A stretch of DNA of 64,000 nucleotides, taken from assembly GCA_963727625.1 (NCBI GenBank), contig CAVSHR010000002.1, positions 544,001 to 608,000 of the forward strand, in the 5' to 3' direction. Within the stretch, counting starts at the first letter, position 1. Each line of letters begins with the position of its first letter. Positions 10,517-23,850 of the stretch are shown one piece after another. Under the pieces are notes generated by a model. That model did not search any database. It was not told the origin of the DNA and was given only the letters and a program-made list of their open reading frames with translations. The position numbers were made by a program, and so were the translations under genes. The DNA comes from an uncultured delta proteobacterium. Lineage in GTDB: Bacteria; Desulfobacterota; Binatia; UBA9968.

Positions 10517-10987
10517 TCAACGTTTGGGGCGACGGCGCCAGTAACTTTTCAGCAGACGCTTAAACGCGGCGCGAATCTCGGGGTCGGAGATCGAATTTAA
10601 AAACTCGTCGTTTAATTCCGCTCCCGACATTTCTTCCGCGTCGGATTGCTCTTCCTGCTCGGTGGATTCCGCCGGCCCATCGATGCGTCCGACCATGAAG
10701 AATATGTTTTTGACCGTGTCGCCCTTGAGGCGATGATTGAGCTTCCCGGCGATCATATCTTTCATGAACTGCAGTTGCTGCATCCAGACCGGGCTCGAAA
10801 CTTTAACGAATAGTGTACCATTGCGAATTTTTTCTGGCTGGGCGTTGCGCGCGATGACAGTTCCGACGACCTCGTTCCAAATCGGCCAAACCGCGTATTC
10901 GTCCAGGCGGGCGGCCAAGTCCAAGCGCTTGAGCGACTGCTCAAGCACCGAACCCAGAGTTTCAATCGGTAAGCTGTTCCTAGCCAT
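10517..10987 (-). CDS. DUF721 / DciA family protein
   Basis: WNEVVGTVIARNAQPEKIRNGTLFVKVSSPVWMQQLQFMK signature. Confidence 0.85.
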   Translation of the reverse strand: MARNSLPIETLGSVLEQSLKRLDLAARLDEYAVWPIWNEVVGTVIARNAQPEKIRNGTLFVKVSSPVWMQQLQFMKDMIAGKLNHRLKGDTVKNIFFMVGRIDGPAESTEQEEQSDAEEMSGAELNDEFLNSISDPEIRAAFKRLLKSYWRRRPKR

Positions 10988-11118
10988 TGTGTTTGCAGGG
11001 GAAAGGTTAGCAGATCTGATATCGCGACTCTAGAGTTGCTCGGCTAGCTCCCGGAGCGTCTCTAATGTTTTGAAAAGCGGCGATAAATCACGAGAAATCC
11101 CGCCACTGAAAATTATCA

Positions 11119-11147
11119 TTGACAAAGTAAGCAATTGTTTCTAAAAC
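11119..11147 (+). promoter_or_regulatory. Putative sigma70 promoter of nrdJ
   Basis: TTGACA (11119-11124), 17-bp spacer, TAAAAC. Confidence 0.55.
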
Positions 11148-11193
11148 TACAAAATCTAGTGCATTTCTGCTTGATACACACCATATATTGGGA
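11147..11193 (+). promoter_or_regulatory. Tandem NrdR boxes
   Basis: ctaCAAaATcTAGtgc (11147-11162) and acaCCAtATATTGgga (11178-11193), starts 31 bp apart, matching the acaCwAtATaTwGtg consensus directly upstream of an RNR gene. Confidence 0.8.
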
Positions 11194-11223
11194 AAACCAC
11201 CAAGAGGAAGGAGATAGAAAACG

Positions 11224-13986
11224 ATGGCGACGGGCACTTCTCAGGCGACCGAAATTGGCGCTCCCCAGAGGGCTGGACAGGTAAAAACCGGACTGAAAAT
11301 CGCGCGTTATTTCAGCCATGCCGGGGTCAGTCCCTACGACGAAATTGAATGGGAGCAGCGGACTGCCTCAATTATCAACGAAAAAGGCAAGGTCGTCTTC
11401 GAACAAGCCAACGTTGAAATCCCCAAGGCGTGGTCTCTAATGGCCACCCAGGTGGTGGTATCAAAATATTTTCGCGGTCCGCTCGGCACACCGCAACGGG
11501 AGCATAGTGTGCGCCAAATGATCGGCCGGGTCGTCGATACCATAACCGCCTGGGGGCGCAAAGACCATTACTTCTCCAGTGAGGAGGATGCTGAGGCTTT
11601 TTCCGACGAATTGACCTATATTTTGCTCCATCAAAAGGCCTGCTTTAACAGCCCGGTGTGGTTTAACTGCGGCATCGAAGAAAAACCCCAGTGCTCGGCC
11701 TGCTTCATCCTTTCGGTGGAAGATACCATGGATTCGATTCTCGATTGGTATCGGAAAGAGGGGGTCATCTTCAAAGGCGGCTCAGGCTCCGGCGTCAATC
11801 TTTCGAGAATTCGTTCCTCCAAAGAGCAGCTGGCCGGCGGCGGCACGGCGTCGGGTCCGGTGTCTTTCATGAAGGCGGCCGATGCTTCCGCCGGCGTGAT
11901 CAAATCAGGCGGCAAGACCAGGCGCGCCGCAAAGATGGTCGTCTTGGACGTCGACCATCCCGATATCGAAGAATTCGTTAAATGCAAAGTCGAAGAAGAG
12001 AAAAAAGCCTGGGCGCTGATCGAAGCCGGTTACGATGCGAGCCTCGACGGGCCGGCCTACGGCAGCGTATTTTTTCAAAACGCCAACAATTCAGTCCGTG
12101 TCACCGACGAATTCATGCGCGCGGTCGAAGAAGACCGCGAGTGGCAGACGAAGTATGTTACCTCCGGTCAATCGTGCGACACGTACAAAGCGCGCGATCT
12201 CTTGCGCATGATCGCAGAGAGCACCTATTTCTGCGGCGATCCGGGCATGCAGTACGACACCACGATCAACGATTGGCACACCTGCTCGAACACGGCGCGC
12301 ATTAATGCCTCCAATCCTTGCTCTGAGTACATGCATCTTGACAATTCGGCTTGTAATCTTGCGTCGCTCAACTTGCTTAAGTATCTGCGCGAGGACGGCG
12401 TGTTCGACACCGAGGCTTTTCGCCGCGCCGTCGATATTGTGATCTTGGCGCAGGACATTCTCGTCGACAACTCGTCGTACCCGACGGCTGAGATTGCCGC
12501 CAACGCCCATGCGTTCCGCGAACTCGGCATGGGGTACGCTAACCTCGGCGCGCTGTTGATGTCGCTCGGTTTGCCGTACGATTCCGACGCCGGCCGGGCT
12601 TACGCGGCGGCCGTAACGGCTTTAATGTCCGGCGAAGCCTACCTGCAATCGAGCCGGGCTGCGGCGGCCACGAGCGCCTTCGAGGGTTACGAAATCAATC
12701 GCGAGCCGATGCTGCGCGTGCTCAATAAGCACCGCTCCCAGGCGTACAAAATTTCGCCGTCCCATGTGCCGCTCGATTTGCTCGCCGCGGCGCGCGAAGC
12801 CTGGGACCTCGATTGCGCCGAGGCGGAAAAGCATGGCGTGAGGAACTCGCAAATTTCAGTTCTCGCGCCGACCGGGACCATCGCCTTTATGATGGACTGC
12901 GACACGACCGGCGTGGAGCCGGATATCGCGCTGATCAAATACAAGAAGCTGGTTGGCGGCGGGCTTTTGAAAATCGTCAACAATACGGTGCCTCGGGCTC
13001 TCAAGCGCTTAGGCTACGACGTCAAGCAAATCCAGGAGATCGTCGAGTACATCGAGGAGCATGAGACTATCGAAGGGGCGCCCCATCTGAAGGATGACGA
13101 TCTGGCGGTATTCGATTGCGCCTTCAAGCCGGCCAACGGCAGCCGCTCGATTCAATATATGGGCCATGTCAAGATGATGGGGGCGGTGCAGCCGTTCATT
13201 TCCGGCGCGATCTCGAAGACCATCAACATGCCCAACGACACCACCGAAGAAGACATCATGCACGCCTATATGGAATCGTGGAAGCTCGGCCTCAAGGCCG
13301 TAGCGATCTATCGAGACGGCTCCAAGCGGACTCAGCCGCTCAACACGGCAAAGGACAAAGAGGAGGCGAAAGCGATTCCGGCCGAAAGTAAAGAAGCGCG
13401 GCCGCTGCGGCGTAGGCTTCCCGACGAGCGGCGTTCTATCACCCATAAATTCGATATCGCCGGCCATGAAGGCTATATCATCGCCGGTATGTACGAAGAC
13501 GGCCAGCCGGGAGAAATTTTCATCACGATGTCCAAAGAGGGTTCGACCATCTCCGGTCTTATGGATTCGTTTGCCACGGCGATATCCATATCGCTCCAGT
13601 ATGGCGTGCCGCTAAGAGGGTTGGTCGACAAGTTCAGCCACATGCGCTTTGAGCCTTCGGGTTTTACTAAGAATCCCGACATCCCGATGGCCAAATCGAT
13701 CATGGACTACATTTTCCGCTGGCTTGCCTCCAAGTTTCTCGACGGCGATGCACAGCAGGAAGTCGGCATCGTCAAACCGGAACCGGCCGAAGAAACGCCT
13801 TTGAAGAAAGTGGTTTCCATCTCAACGCACGCGCCGCGCGGCGGTGCGCCGGTAACCAGCATTAGCAGTGTGACGAGCCTTTACCAGCAGGATGCGCCGC
13901 CTTGTCCGGACTGCGGCGCGATCATGATTCGCAGCGGTGCTTGCTATAAATGCATGAACTGCGGCGCGGTGAGCGGCTGCTCATAA
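11224..13986 (+). CDS. nrdJ: Vitamin B12-dependent (class II) ribonucleotide reductase
   Basis: FNSPVWFN, QCSACFI, ASNPCSEY, APTGTI, GAISKTIN; C-terminal TSCPD-like region and CPDC...CMNC zinc motif. Confidence 0.95.
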   Translation: MATGTSQATEIGAPQRAGQVKTGLKIARYFSHAGVSPYDEIEWEQRTASIINEKGKVVFEQANVEIPKAWSLMATQVVVSKYFRGPLGTPQREHSVRQMIGRVVDTITAWGRKDHYFSSEEDAEAFSDELTYILLHQKACFNSPVWFNCGIEEKPQCSACFILSVEDTMDSILDWYRKEGVIFKGGSGSGVNLSRIRSSKEQLAGGGTASGPVSFMKAADASAGVIKSGGKTRRAAKMVVLDVDHPDIEEFVKCKVEEEKKAWALIEAGYDASLDGPAYGSVFFQNANNSVRVTDEFMRAVEEDREWQTKYVTSGQSCDTYKARDLLRMIAESTYFCGDPGMQYDTTINDWHTCSNTARINASNPCSEYMHLDNSACNLASLNLLKYLREDGVFDTEAFRRAVDIVILAQDILVDNSSYPTAEIAANAHAFRELGMGYANLGALLMSLGLPYDSDAGRAYAAAVTALMSGEAYLQSSRAAAATSAFEGYEINREPMLRVLNKHRSQAYKISPSHVPLDLLAAAREAWDLDCAEAEKHGVRNSQISVLAPTGTIAFMMDCDTTGVEPDIALIKYKKLVGGGLLKIVNNTVPRALKRLGYDVKQIQEIVEYIEEHETIEGAPHLKDDDLAVFDCAFKPANGSRSIQYMGHVKMMGAVQPFISGAISKTINMPNDTTEEDIMHAYMESWKLGLKAVAIYRDGSKRTQPLNTAKDKEEAKAIPAESKEARPLRRRLPDERRSITHKFDIAGHEGYIIAGMYEDGQPGEIFITMSKEGSTISGLMDSFATAISISLQYGVPLRGLVDKFSHMRFEPSGFTKNPDIPMAKSIMDYIFRWLASKFLDGDAQQEVGIVKPEPAEETPLKKVVSISTHAPRGGAPVTSISSVTSLYQQDAPPCPDCGAIMIRSGACYKCMNCGAVSGCS

Positions 13987-14019
13987 GCCGATGCCAGGTT
14001 GATGCTTCGGTAATCCATG

Positions 14020-14058
14020 AAAGCGGGCCGGTTGATTTGCCGGCCCGCTTTCTTTTTA
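14020..14058 (+). terminator. Rho-independent (possibly bidirectional) terminator
   Basis: aaagcgggccgg-ttgatttg-ccggcccgcttt followed by cttttt, between convergent genes. Confidence 0.8.
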
Positions 14059-14073
14059 GCGCGAATTTAGCGG

Positions 14074-14679
14074 TTACTTTCTTTCTAAATGGAGGATGGC
14101 CTTCTGAGTATCGATGTCCATGCGAAAATTGCTCAGAAAGTTCAATCCCAAAAGACCGGCGACCTGCGGGTCCGGGATCGCATCATGAACCGCGATCGCG
14201 AGATTGTGAATCTCCATACCGCCGACGGCGACCGATTCAAGGTTGGTTACCGGCGCCTGAATGAGCCCATTGGCGGTTTGGAAGGGCAAAGTTTTGGCGT
14301 TCGGGCCGATGTCGATAGACAGCTCGCGCGCCAACGCATTTGAAATCAAGGTGTAGCTTGAACCGGTATCGACGACGAATCTACCCGAAAGTTTTTTGTT
14401 TAGAGTCGCTTGAATGATCACCACCTGACCCTGTCTTTCGATGGGCACCGAGGCTCGCCGCGGCGGCGCCTTGATTTCGACTTCGGGCGCACGCGGGCTC
14501 TCGGGAGCACGCACCCGGGTGGCATTGCCGCGTCGCTTGGGCGGGACGTTGTGCAGGCTGTCAGTAATGTGAAGCACGCCGTGTTCGTCGACCCAGCGGT
14601 AATACTCCGCCGCCCAAACGGGGGCTAGAATGAGGCAAAACAGACAAAAAAGCGGAATCCAAGCTTGGCGACGCTTCAC
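14074..14679 (-). CDS. Secreted DUF4124 + retropepsin-like aspartic protease
   Basis: Signal peptide, YYRWVDEHGVLHITD, FVVDTGSSYT, GLLGLNFL. Confidence 0.85.
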   Translation of the reverse strand: MKRRQAWIPLFCLFCLILAPVWAAEYYRWVDEHGVLHITDSLHNVPPKRRGNATRVRAPESPRAPEVEIKAPPRRASVPIERQGQVVIIQATLNKKLSGRFVVDTGSSYTLISNALARELSIDIGPNAKTLPFQTANGLIQAPVTNLESVAVGGMEIHNLAIAVHDAIPDPQVAGLLGLNFLSNFRMDIDTQKAILHLERK

Positions 14680-14881
14680 GGTTCGATTACTCTACCATTT
14701 TTAACCCAGCGACGGAACTAAGCGAAAACGGCGAAATTTCGCGGAGCGGGTGAGGTTTTGTCCGGTTAGGGCGTCAAATCGCGCTTGCCGTGTGGCTTTT
14801 CCGTCAGCTTCTTTACAAGCCTAAAACAGTGTGGTACAAAATTTATAATTAAAAAGGAAAGAGAGAAAAAAAGCGGAGATC

Positions 14882-15151
14882 ATGGAGATTACTGAACCGC
14901 AAAAACAACAAGTCGTCGAGCAGTTCAGGGTTCATCCGACGGACACCGGCTCTCCCGAAGTGCAGGTAGCGCTGTTAAGCCAGCGTATCGAGCATCTTAC
15001 AGGGCACTTCAAGATCCATGTTAAGGATCATCACTCGCGTCGCGGTTTGCTCAAGCTAGTCGGCCAGAGACGAAGGCTTTTGGACTATCTTCGAAAAACC
15101 GACTTCGCGAGGTACCAGAATCTGATCCAGAGGCTTGGAATACGCAAATAG
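14882..15151 (+). CDS. rpsO: 30S ribosomal protein S15
   Basis: [36 protein letters not shown]. Confidence 0.98.
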   Translation: MEITEPQKQQVVEQFRVHPTDTGSPEVQVALLSQRIEHLTGHFKIHVKDHHSRRGLLKLVGQRRRLLDYLRKTDFARYQNLIQRLGIRK

Positions 15152-15220
15152 CGATTCCAACGCTGTTGCCCGCCGCTTCTACACCTCCGTCAGACAAGTC
15201 TCCCGCCAGAGGATTCTTCT

Positions 15221-17320
<2,100 letters not shown>

Positions 17321-17346
17321 TTGCCCGATTGTTTCAAGGATCTTTG

Positions 17347-18624
17347 ATGTTCGCAAAGACCGTCCTCGACAACGGCATCCGTGTGGTGTCCCATCAAATG
17401 CCGGATCACCGGTCGGTGAGTCTCGGCATCTGGGTCGAGAACGGTTCCCGCCATGAGAGCGAATCCGAAAACGGCATCTCTCATTTTATCGAGCACCTGC
17501 TTTTCAAAGGCACCGAGCGGCGCAGCGCGGCGCAAATCGCCGAGGAGATGGACGCGGTGGGAGGCGTCCTCAACGCCTTTACGTCGAAAGAGCATACTTG
17601 TTACTACGCCAAGGTGCTCGACGAAAATCTTCCCCTGGCCATCGACTTGCTGACCGATATTTTCCTGCACTCAAGTTTCGACGCCGAAGAGATCGAGCGC
17701 GAGCGCTCGGTGATCCTCCAGGAGATCTCACAGGCGGAAGACACGCCGGACGATTACGTGCATGATCTTTTTAACCACGATTTTTTCAAGGATCATCCTA
17801 TCGGCCGGCCGATTTGCGGCCGGGAAGAAACCGTCTCGGCGTTCCGGCGCGCGGATATCGTCAAGTTTTTCAAGTCGCGTTACCATCCGCGGCGGGTGGT
17901 GGTGGCGGCCGCGGGCAATATTTGCCACGCGGGATTGATCGATGAAATGGCTGCGCGTCTCGGCGCGGTGGCAGACGACTTCGACGCTGACAACAGGTTC
18001 AAATTGAATGGTGAAAACCCGCCGGATACGGCGAGCGGCGTTTATCCCCATGCCAAGTCTTTGGAACAAGTGCATCTTTGTTTGGGAATGACCGGCATTC
18101 ACCAGACCCATCCCAAGCGCTACACGGCCTACGTGCTCAATACGCTGCTCGGCGGCGGCATGAGCTCGCGCTTGTTTCAAGAGATCCGCGAGAAGCGCGG
18201 CAAGGCCTATTCGGTCTACTCGTTTTCAGCTTCTTACAAAGACGTCGGCTACACGGGCGTATACGCCGGTACCAGTCTTGAAGACACTGAAGAAGTCGTC
18301 GATTTGATCGTTAAGGAACTAAAAAAATTTACCGCCAGCAAGATCACTGAGGACGAGCTTAGCCGCACCCAGGGCCAGCTAGTTGGCAGTATGATGCTCG
18401 GCCTGGAGTCGACTGATTCGTGGATGAGCCATATCGCGCGCAACGAGATTTATTTCGGCAAAACAGTGACGACCGATGAGATTTGCCAGCGCATTCGCGC
18501 GGTTACGCGCGACGAAGTGATCGAGCTCGCCGGCGCGTTTTTTCGCTCCGACGGTATGACGCTCACGTTGCTCGGCGATTTCGGCGAGAGCTCTCAAATT
18601 AAAAATCTAAATCTGAGTCACTGA
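17347..18624 (+). CDS. M16 family (pitrilysin/insulinase) zinc peptidase
   Basis: [14 protein letters not shown] (HxxEH), [18 protein letters not shown]. Confidence 0.93.
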   Translation: MFAKTVLDNGIRVVSHQMPDHRSVSLGIWVENGSRHESESENGISHFIEHLLFKGTERRSAAQIAEEMDAVGGVLNAFTSKEHTCYYAKVLDENLPLAIDLLTDIFLHSSFDAEEIERERSVILQEISQAEDTPDDYVHDLFNHDFFKDHPIGRPICGREETVSAFRRADIVKFFKSRYHPRRVVVAAAGNICHAGLIDEMAARLGAVADDFDADNRFKLNGENPPDTASGVYPHAKSLEQVHLCLGMTGIHQTHPKRYTAYVLNTLLGGGMSSRLFQEIREKRGKAYSVYSFSASYKDVGYTGVYAGTSLEDTEEVVDLIVKELKKFTASKITEDELSRTQGQLVGSMMLGLESTDSWMSHIARNEIYFGKTVTTDEICQRIRAVTRDEVIELAGAFFRSDGMTLTLLGDFGESSQIKNLNLSH

Positions 18625-18655
18625 GCCGCCGTTTGGATCGTGCGGGACGGTTACG

Positions 18656-19114
18656 GTGGAACACCTTCGCATTGAAATCAAACGCGTGCGGCCGAGCCCG
18701 ACGCCGCTGGCACTGCCGGCCTATATGACCGAGGGCGCTGCCGGTATGGATCTTTGCGCTGATATTGAAACGGATCTCACGCTCGCGCCGCTGGAACGAG
18801 GCTTGATTCCCACCGGCCTTGCCATTGCCCTGCCGGTGGGCTTCGAAGCGCAAATTCGGCCCCGCAGCGGTGCGGCGCTGAAGCAGGGACTAACGCTGGT
18901 CAACAGTCCCGGGACCATCGACTCGGATTATCGCGGTGAGATTAAAGTCATCGCCATCAACCTGGGGGCTGATGCCATCGTTATCATGCCTGGCCAGCGC
19001 ATCGCGCAGATGGTCCTGCAACGAGTGGTCCGAGCTGAGTGGCAGGAAGTGGACGAACTGCCGCCTTCGGCGCGCCGCGACGGCGGTTTCGGCCATACGG
19101 ATAAAAAAAAATAA
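18656..19114 (+). CDS. dut: dUTP diphosphatase
   Basis: [32 protein letters not shown]. Confidence 0.96.
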   Translation: MEHLRIEIKRVRPSPTPLALPAYMTEGAAGMDLCADIETDLTLAPLERGLIPTGLAIALPVGFEAQIRPRSGAALKQGLTLVNSPGTIDSDYRGEIKVIAINLGADAIVIMPGQRIAQMVLQRVVRAEWQEVDELPPSARRDGGFGHTDKKK

Positions 19115-19187
19115 CGTTCAAGGTTCCAAAGTTCAAAGTAACGCATGCAGATGGCGATTGACCCTTGAACGATTGAACTTTTAAACG
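19115..19187. repeat. Short GTTCAA tandem repeats facing inverted TTGAAC repeats
   Basis: cgttcaag gttccaaa gttcaaa ... ttgaacga ttgaactt ttaaacg between dut and purB. Confidence 0.65.
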
Positions 19188-19208
19188 AAGCAAAGGCGCC
19201 TTCGAAGC

Positions 19209-20501
19209 ATGATCCCCCGTTACACCCGGCCGGAAATGGGCCGTATTTGGTCCGAAGAAAATAATTTTCAGAAGTGGCTTGACGTTGAGATCCTCGCCGC
19301 TGAAGGACTGGCGCGCCTTGGCAAGGTGCCCAAGGCCGCCGTCGCTCGCATTCGCCGGAAAGCGCGCTTCCGCGTGAAGCGCATCCGAGAGATCGAAGCG
19401 AAAGTGAAACATGAGATCATTGCATTCTTGAGCTCGGTGGCCGAATCGATCGGCGACGACGCGCGCTATCTGCACGTCGGCATGACTTCCTCCGATGTCA
19501 TGGACACAGCGCTGGCGATTCAGTTCAAAGAGGCCTCGGCGATTCTCTCGCGGGATATCAAAGACTTGATGCAGGTGCTGCGCCGTCAGGCGCGCAAGTA
19601 TAAATGGACGGTGATGATCGGCCGCACCCACGGCGTGCATGCCGAGCCGATCACCTTCGGTTTAAAACTGGCGCTCTGGTATCAGGAAATGGCGCGCAAC
19701 TTGTCCCGGTTCGAAAAGGCGGCCGACGATATCTGTGTCGGGCAAATTTCCGGCGCGGTGGGCACATTCGCGCAGATCTCGCCGAAAGTAGAGAGTTATG
19801 TGTGCCGGAAAAGCGGCCTCAAGCCCGCGCCGGTGTCCAATCAGATCATTCAGCGCGACCGTCACGCCTACTACTTCGCGACTCTGGCGATCATCGCCAG
19901 TTCGCTGGAAAAGTTCGCCGTCGAGATTCGTCACTTGCAGCGCACCGAGGTGCAGGAGGCCGAGGAGCCGTTCACCCAGGGCCAGAAGGGCTCGTCGGCG
20001 ATGCCCCATAAACGCAATCCGATCTTGTCTGAAAACGTCTCGGGCCTGGCGCGGCTGATGCGCTCCTATTCTGTCGCGGCGATGGAAAACATACCGCTCT
20101 GGCATGAGCGCGACATCAGCCATTCGTCGGTGGAGCGGGTGATCGCCCCGGACGCCACCATCGCTCTCGACTTCATGCTCCGGCGCATGATCTATGTGCT
20201 TGGCAACCTCTGCGTTTATCCGGAAAATATGCAGCGCAACCTGGCCAAGAGCGGCGGCACGGTTTTTTCCGAAAAAGTTTTGCTCGCTCTGGTCGATAAG
20301 GGGCTTGCGCGCGACGCCGCCTACCGCATGGTGCAGCGCCAGGCCTTGAAGATCGGCAAGGAAGGCGGCGACTTAAAGCGCGAGCTGCTTGCGGACAAAG
20401 AAATTCGCCGCTATTTAACCGCTAAGGAGATCGAAGCGGTCTGGGGTGTCAGGCACCATCTGGTCAACGTCGATTTCATTTTCCGCCGGGTGTTCCATTA
20501 A
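19209..20501 (+). CDS. purB: Adenylosuccinate lyase
   Basis: MIPRYTRPEM, GRTHGVHAEP, GSSAMPHKRNP, LWHERDISHSSVER. Confidence 0.97.
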   Translation: MIPRYTRPEMGRIWSEENNFQKWLDVEILAAEGLARLGKVPKAAVARIRRKARFRVKRIREIEAKVKHEIIAFLSSVAESIGDDARYLHVGMTSSDVMDTALAIQFKEASAILSRDIKDLMQVLRRQARKYKWTVMIGRTHGVHAEPITFGLKLALWYQEMARNLSRFEKAADDICVGQISGAVGTFAQISPKVESYVCRKSGLKPAPVSNQIIQRDRHAYYFATLAIIASSLEKFAVEIRHLQRTEVQEAEEPFTQGQKGSSAMPHKRNPILSENVSGLARLMRSYSVAAMENIPLWHERDISHSSVERVIAPDATIALDFMLRRMIYVLGNLCVYPENMQRNLAKSGGTVFSEKVLLALVDKGLARDAAYRMVQRQALKIGKEGGDLKRELLADKEIRRYLTAKEIEAVWGVRHHLVNVDFIFRRVFH

Positions 20502-20528
20502 TTGGCAATCGCCGAGAGTTTGAATCCT

Positions 20529-20774
20529 ATGCGTGTCAGAATTTTTGTTTCGCTGAAAAGTGGTGTTCTCGATCCTCAAGGCAAAGCCGTCGAGCGTTCA
20601 TTACACACGCTCGGCTACGGCGAGGTGCAAAATGTCCGGGTCGGGAAGTATCTCGAGCTTGACGTCGACGCACCGTCGCGGGCAGCGGCCGAGATTCGCA
20701 TTCGCGAATTCTGTGATAAACTATTAGCCAATCCCGTCATTGAAGATTACCGTTTCGAAATTAGCGCTGAGTAA
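20529..20774 (+). CDS. purS: FGAM synthase subunit PurS
   Basis: VLDPQGKAV, LLANPVIEDY. Confidence 0.95.
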   Translation: MRVRIFVSLKSGVLDPQGKAVERSLHTLGYGEVQNVRVGKYLELDVDAPSRAAAEIRIREFCDKLLANPVIEDYRFEISAE

Positions 20775-20783
20775 CCAGGACGG

Positions 20784-20857
20784 AGCTGAGAGTTCTGTGA
20801 TTGAGCGATGCGCACTCTCGTTATTCAAGACTCAGGACTCAGACCTCAGCACTCATA
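20784..20857. repeat. Heptamer (ACTCAG/CTGAG) repeat tract
   Basis: gctgag..ttgag ... actcagg actcaga cctcagc actcat between purS and purQ. Confidence 0.6.
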
Positions 20858-20863
20858 ACTGAC

Positions 20864-21574
20864 ATGCGCTGGGGTGTTATTACATTTCCGGGCTCCTGCG
20901 ACGACCACGATGTCGTCGACGCACTCAAATCCGAGCTCGGCCAGAACGTCAAGCCGCTCTGGCATAAGGACGACTTGGCCGGCAACTTCGACTGCATCGT
21001 GTTGCCCGGGGGATTTTCCTACGGCGATTATCTGCGCTGCGGCGCCATGGCGCGCTTTTCGCCGATCATGCGCGGCGTGGTGAATTTCGCCCAAGACGGT
21101 GGACTGGTGCTCGGGATCTGCAACGGTTTCCAAATCCTCTGCGAGTCTGGTTTGCTGCCGGGCGCGCTTGTGCGCAACGCCGGACTGCAGTTTATCTGCC
21201 ATGAAGTTCATTTAAGGGTGGAGGAAACCGATACACCTTTTACCGCCGGTCTTAAAAAGGGTCAGCTGCTCAAGATGCCGGTCAAGCACGGCGAAGGCTG
21301 TTACTACGCCGACCCGGCGACCCTTGAGCAATTGCACAAGAACCGCCAAATCCTGCTGCGCTACGTCGACGCTAAGGGCAAGTCGACGGCCGTCGCCAAT
21401 CCCAACGGCTCGTTGGAAAACATCGCCGGCGTGTGCAACGAAGCCCGCAACGTCTTCGGTCTCATGCCGCATCCGGAAGACGCCTGCAGCAAGCTCCTGG
21501 GCAGCCTCGACGGCGAAAAGATTTTCAGCTCGATCGCCGCGGCCTGCGCGCAAAAGGCGGCCGCCCATGTCTGA
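20864..21574 (+). CDS. purQ: FGAM synthase glutaminase subunit
   Basis: [39 protein letters not shown]. Confidence 0.96.
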   Translation: MRWGVITFPGSCDDHDVVDALKSELGQNVKPLWHKDDLAGNFDCIVLPGGFSYGDYLRCGAMARFSPIMRGVVNFAQDGGLVLGICNGFQILCESGLLPGALVRNAGLQFICHEVHLRVEETDTPFTAGLKKGQLLKMPVKHGEGCYYADPATLEQLHKNRQILLRYVDAKGKSTAVANPNGSLENIAGVCNEARNVFGLMPHPEDACSKLLGSLDGEKIFSSIAAACAQKAAAHV

Positions 21575-23801
21575 AGCGACGGCGGAAAATTCCACCCAGC
21601 CGGCGGTGACGCCGGAGCTGGTCGCCAGCCATGGCATCACGCCCGACGAATATCAGAGGATCGTCAAGACTCTTGGCCGCGAGCCCAACTTCACCGAACT
21701 GGGCGTGTTCTCGGTCATGTGGTCCGAACACTGCAGTTACAAGAGTTCACGCTACTACCTGAAGAATCTGCCGACCGAAGGAGCCTACGTGCTGCAAGGC
21801 CCCGGTGAAAACGCCGGCGTGGTCGATATCGGCGGCGGTCTGGCCGTGGCGTTTAAAATGGAAAGCCACAACCATCCGTCATTCATCGAACCGTACCAAG
21901 GCGCGGCCACGGGAGTGGGCGGTATCTTGCGCGATATCTTCACCATGGGCGCGCGGCCGGTCGCTTCGCTCAATTCGCTGCGTTTCGGCAGCATCGACCA
22001 CCCGCGCACGCGCTATCTGGTCTCCGGGGTGGTCGCCGGAATCGGCGGTTATGGCAACTGCATCGGCGTGCCCACGGTCGGCGGCGAATGCTATTTCGAC
22101 GAGTGTTACAACGCCAATATTTTAGTCAACGCGTTTACCCTCGGCATCGTCAAGAAAAAGCAGATTTTTACCGGCATCGCCAAAGGAGTCGGTAATCCGG
22201 TGCTCTACGTCGGCTCAAAGACCGGGCGCGACGGCATCCACGGTGCCACCATGGCGTCGGCGGCCTTCTCCGAGGAGAAAGAGCAGCGCCGGCCAACGGT
22301 GCAAGTGGGCGATCCGTTCACGGAAAAGTTGCTGCTCGAAGCCTGTCTGGAGCTGATGGAAGCAGATTACATCGTCGGCATCCAGGATATGGGCGCCGCC
22401 GGGCTCACGAGCTCGTCGGCGGAAATGGCCGGGCGCGGCGGTTGCGGCGTCGAGTTGAATCTATCCGCCGTGCCGCTGCGCGAGCTCGGCATGACTCCCT
22501 ACGAAATACTCCTCTCCGAGTCCCAGGAGCGCATGCTCCTGGTGGCCAAGCAGGGCAGCGAGACCGAAATCATCAAAATCTTCGAGAAATGGGACCTCGA
22601 CGCGGTGGTGATCGGCCGCGTCACCGACGACCAGCAGTTCCGCGCGTTATGGGGAGGCCAAGAGGTGGCGCGCATACCGATTCGCGCGCTCACGAAAGAC
22701 GCGCCCGCCTACCAGCGGCCGGCGGCACGGCCCGAACAGCAAGATCAATTGCAACAATTGGATCTCGCCGCGGTGGGGGAGCCGGAAGATCTCGGTATCG
22801 CCTTCAAGCAATTATTGTCATCGCCCAACATCGCTTCGAAGGAGTGGATCTATCGGCAGTACGATCAATTCGTGCGCACCAATACCATGGTTGCCGCCGG
22901 CGCCGACGCCGCGGTGATCCGGATCAAGGGGACAAAAAAGGGTTTGGCGCTCGCCGCCGACGGCAACAGCCGGTACTGCTATCTGGACCCTTATGTCGGC
23001 GGCGTGGTGGCGGTGGCCGAAGCGGCGCGCAATCTTGCCTGCGTCGGCGCCCGTCCGATCGGTTTGACCGATTGTTTGAATTTCGGCAGTCCGGAAAATC
23101 CCGCCGTGATGTGGCAGTTTGCCCAAATCATTCAAGGCATGCGCGACGCTTGTCTGGCGCTCAATGTCCCGGTTGTGAGCGGCAACGTGAGCTTCTATAA
23201 TGAAACTGACGGCACTCCGATTTATCCGACGCCCACCATCGGTATGGTCGGTATTCTCGAAAAAGTCGAGCGTGTGGTGACACCGTGGTTCAAAGCCGCC
23301 GGGGACTCGGTGGTGCTGCTCGGGCGCACACGCGAGGAGCTGGGCGGCAGCGAGTATCTCAAGTGCGTCCATGGCATGACGCGCGGCACGCCGCCCTGGA
23401 TCGACCTGAAGCTGGAGCGTGCGGTGCAGCAGTGTTGCATTGAAGCCGTCGATCAGCGACTTCTCTGTTCGGCCCACGATGTTTCCGACGGCGGCCTGGC
23501 GGTGGCTTTGGCCGAATGTTGCGTCGGCGGTCCGGACAAAGCTTTGGGCGTGCGGATTGAGGCCCATGAAATGATTCGTAGCGACGCGTTGTTATTCAGC
23601 GAGTCGCAATCGCGCATCGTGGTTTCACTGAAGGATGAAAACCTCGATCGCTTGAAAGAGCTCGCAGCGCGGCACAATGTTCCGCTGCAGGTCATCGGCA
23701 CGGTTGGCGGCACGCGCTTCATGATTCGACCGTTGCTGCAATTGCCGGTGGAAGAGCTCAAATCGATCTGGTCGAATGGACTGACGTCGAGGCTTATCTA
23801 G
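21567..23801 (+). CDS. purL: FGAM synthase subunit PurL (small-type)
   Basis: [43 protein letters not shown]; true start ATG 21567. Confidence 0.97.
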   Translation: MSEATAENSTQPAVTPELVASHGITPDEYQRIVKTLGREPNFTELGVFSVMWSEHCSYKSSRYYLKNLPTEGAYVLQGPGENAGVVDIGGGLAVAFKMESHNHPSFIEPYQGAATGVGGILRDIFTMGARPVASLNSLRFGSIDHPRTRYLVSGVVAGIGGYGNCIGVPTVGGECYFDECYNANILVNAFTLGIVKKKQIFTGIAKGVGNPVLYVGSKTGRDGIHGATMASAAFSEEKEQRRPTVQVGDPFTEKLLLEACLELMEADYIVGIQDMGAAGLTSSSAEMAGRGGCGVELNLSAVPLRELGMTPYEILLSESQERMLLVAKQGSETEIIKIFEKWDLDAVVIGRVTDDQQFRALWGGQEVARIPIRALTKDAPAYQRPAARPEQQDQLQQLDLAAVGEPEDLGIAFKQLLSSPNIASKEWIYRQYDQFVRTNTMVAAGADAAVIRIKGTKKGLALAADGNSRYCYLDPYVGGVVAVAEAARNLACVGARPIGLTDCLNFGSPENPAVMWQFAQIIQGMRDACLALNVPVVSGNVSFYNETDGTPIYPTPTIGMVGILEKVERVVTPWFKAAGDSVVLLGRTREELGGSEYLKCVHGMTRGTPPWIDLKLERAVQQCCIEAVDQRLLCSAHDVSDGGLAVALAECCVGGPDKALGVRIEAHEMIRSDALLFSESQSRIVVSLKDENLDRLKELAARHNVPLQVIGTVGGTRFMIRPLLQLPVEELKSIWSNGLTSRLI

Positions 23802-23850
23802 GTTCGTGCCATAGTTCAATCGTTCGAGGGAGGGCGCTCGCGACCTGAGC

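Noticed and set aside
11224-13986. Intein or intron in the ribonucleotide reductase
   Set aside because: The length and motif spacing fit an uninterrupted NrdJ; no splice-junction or homing-endonuclease motifs were seen.
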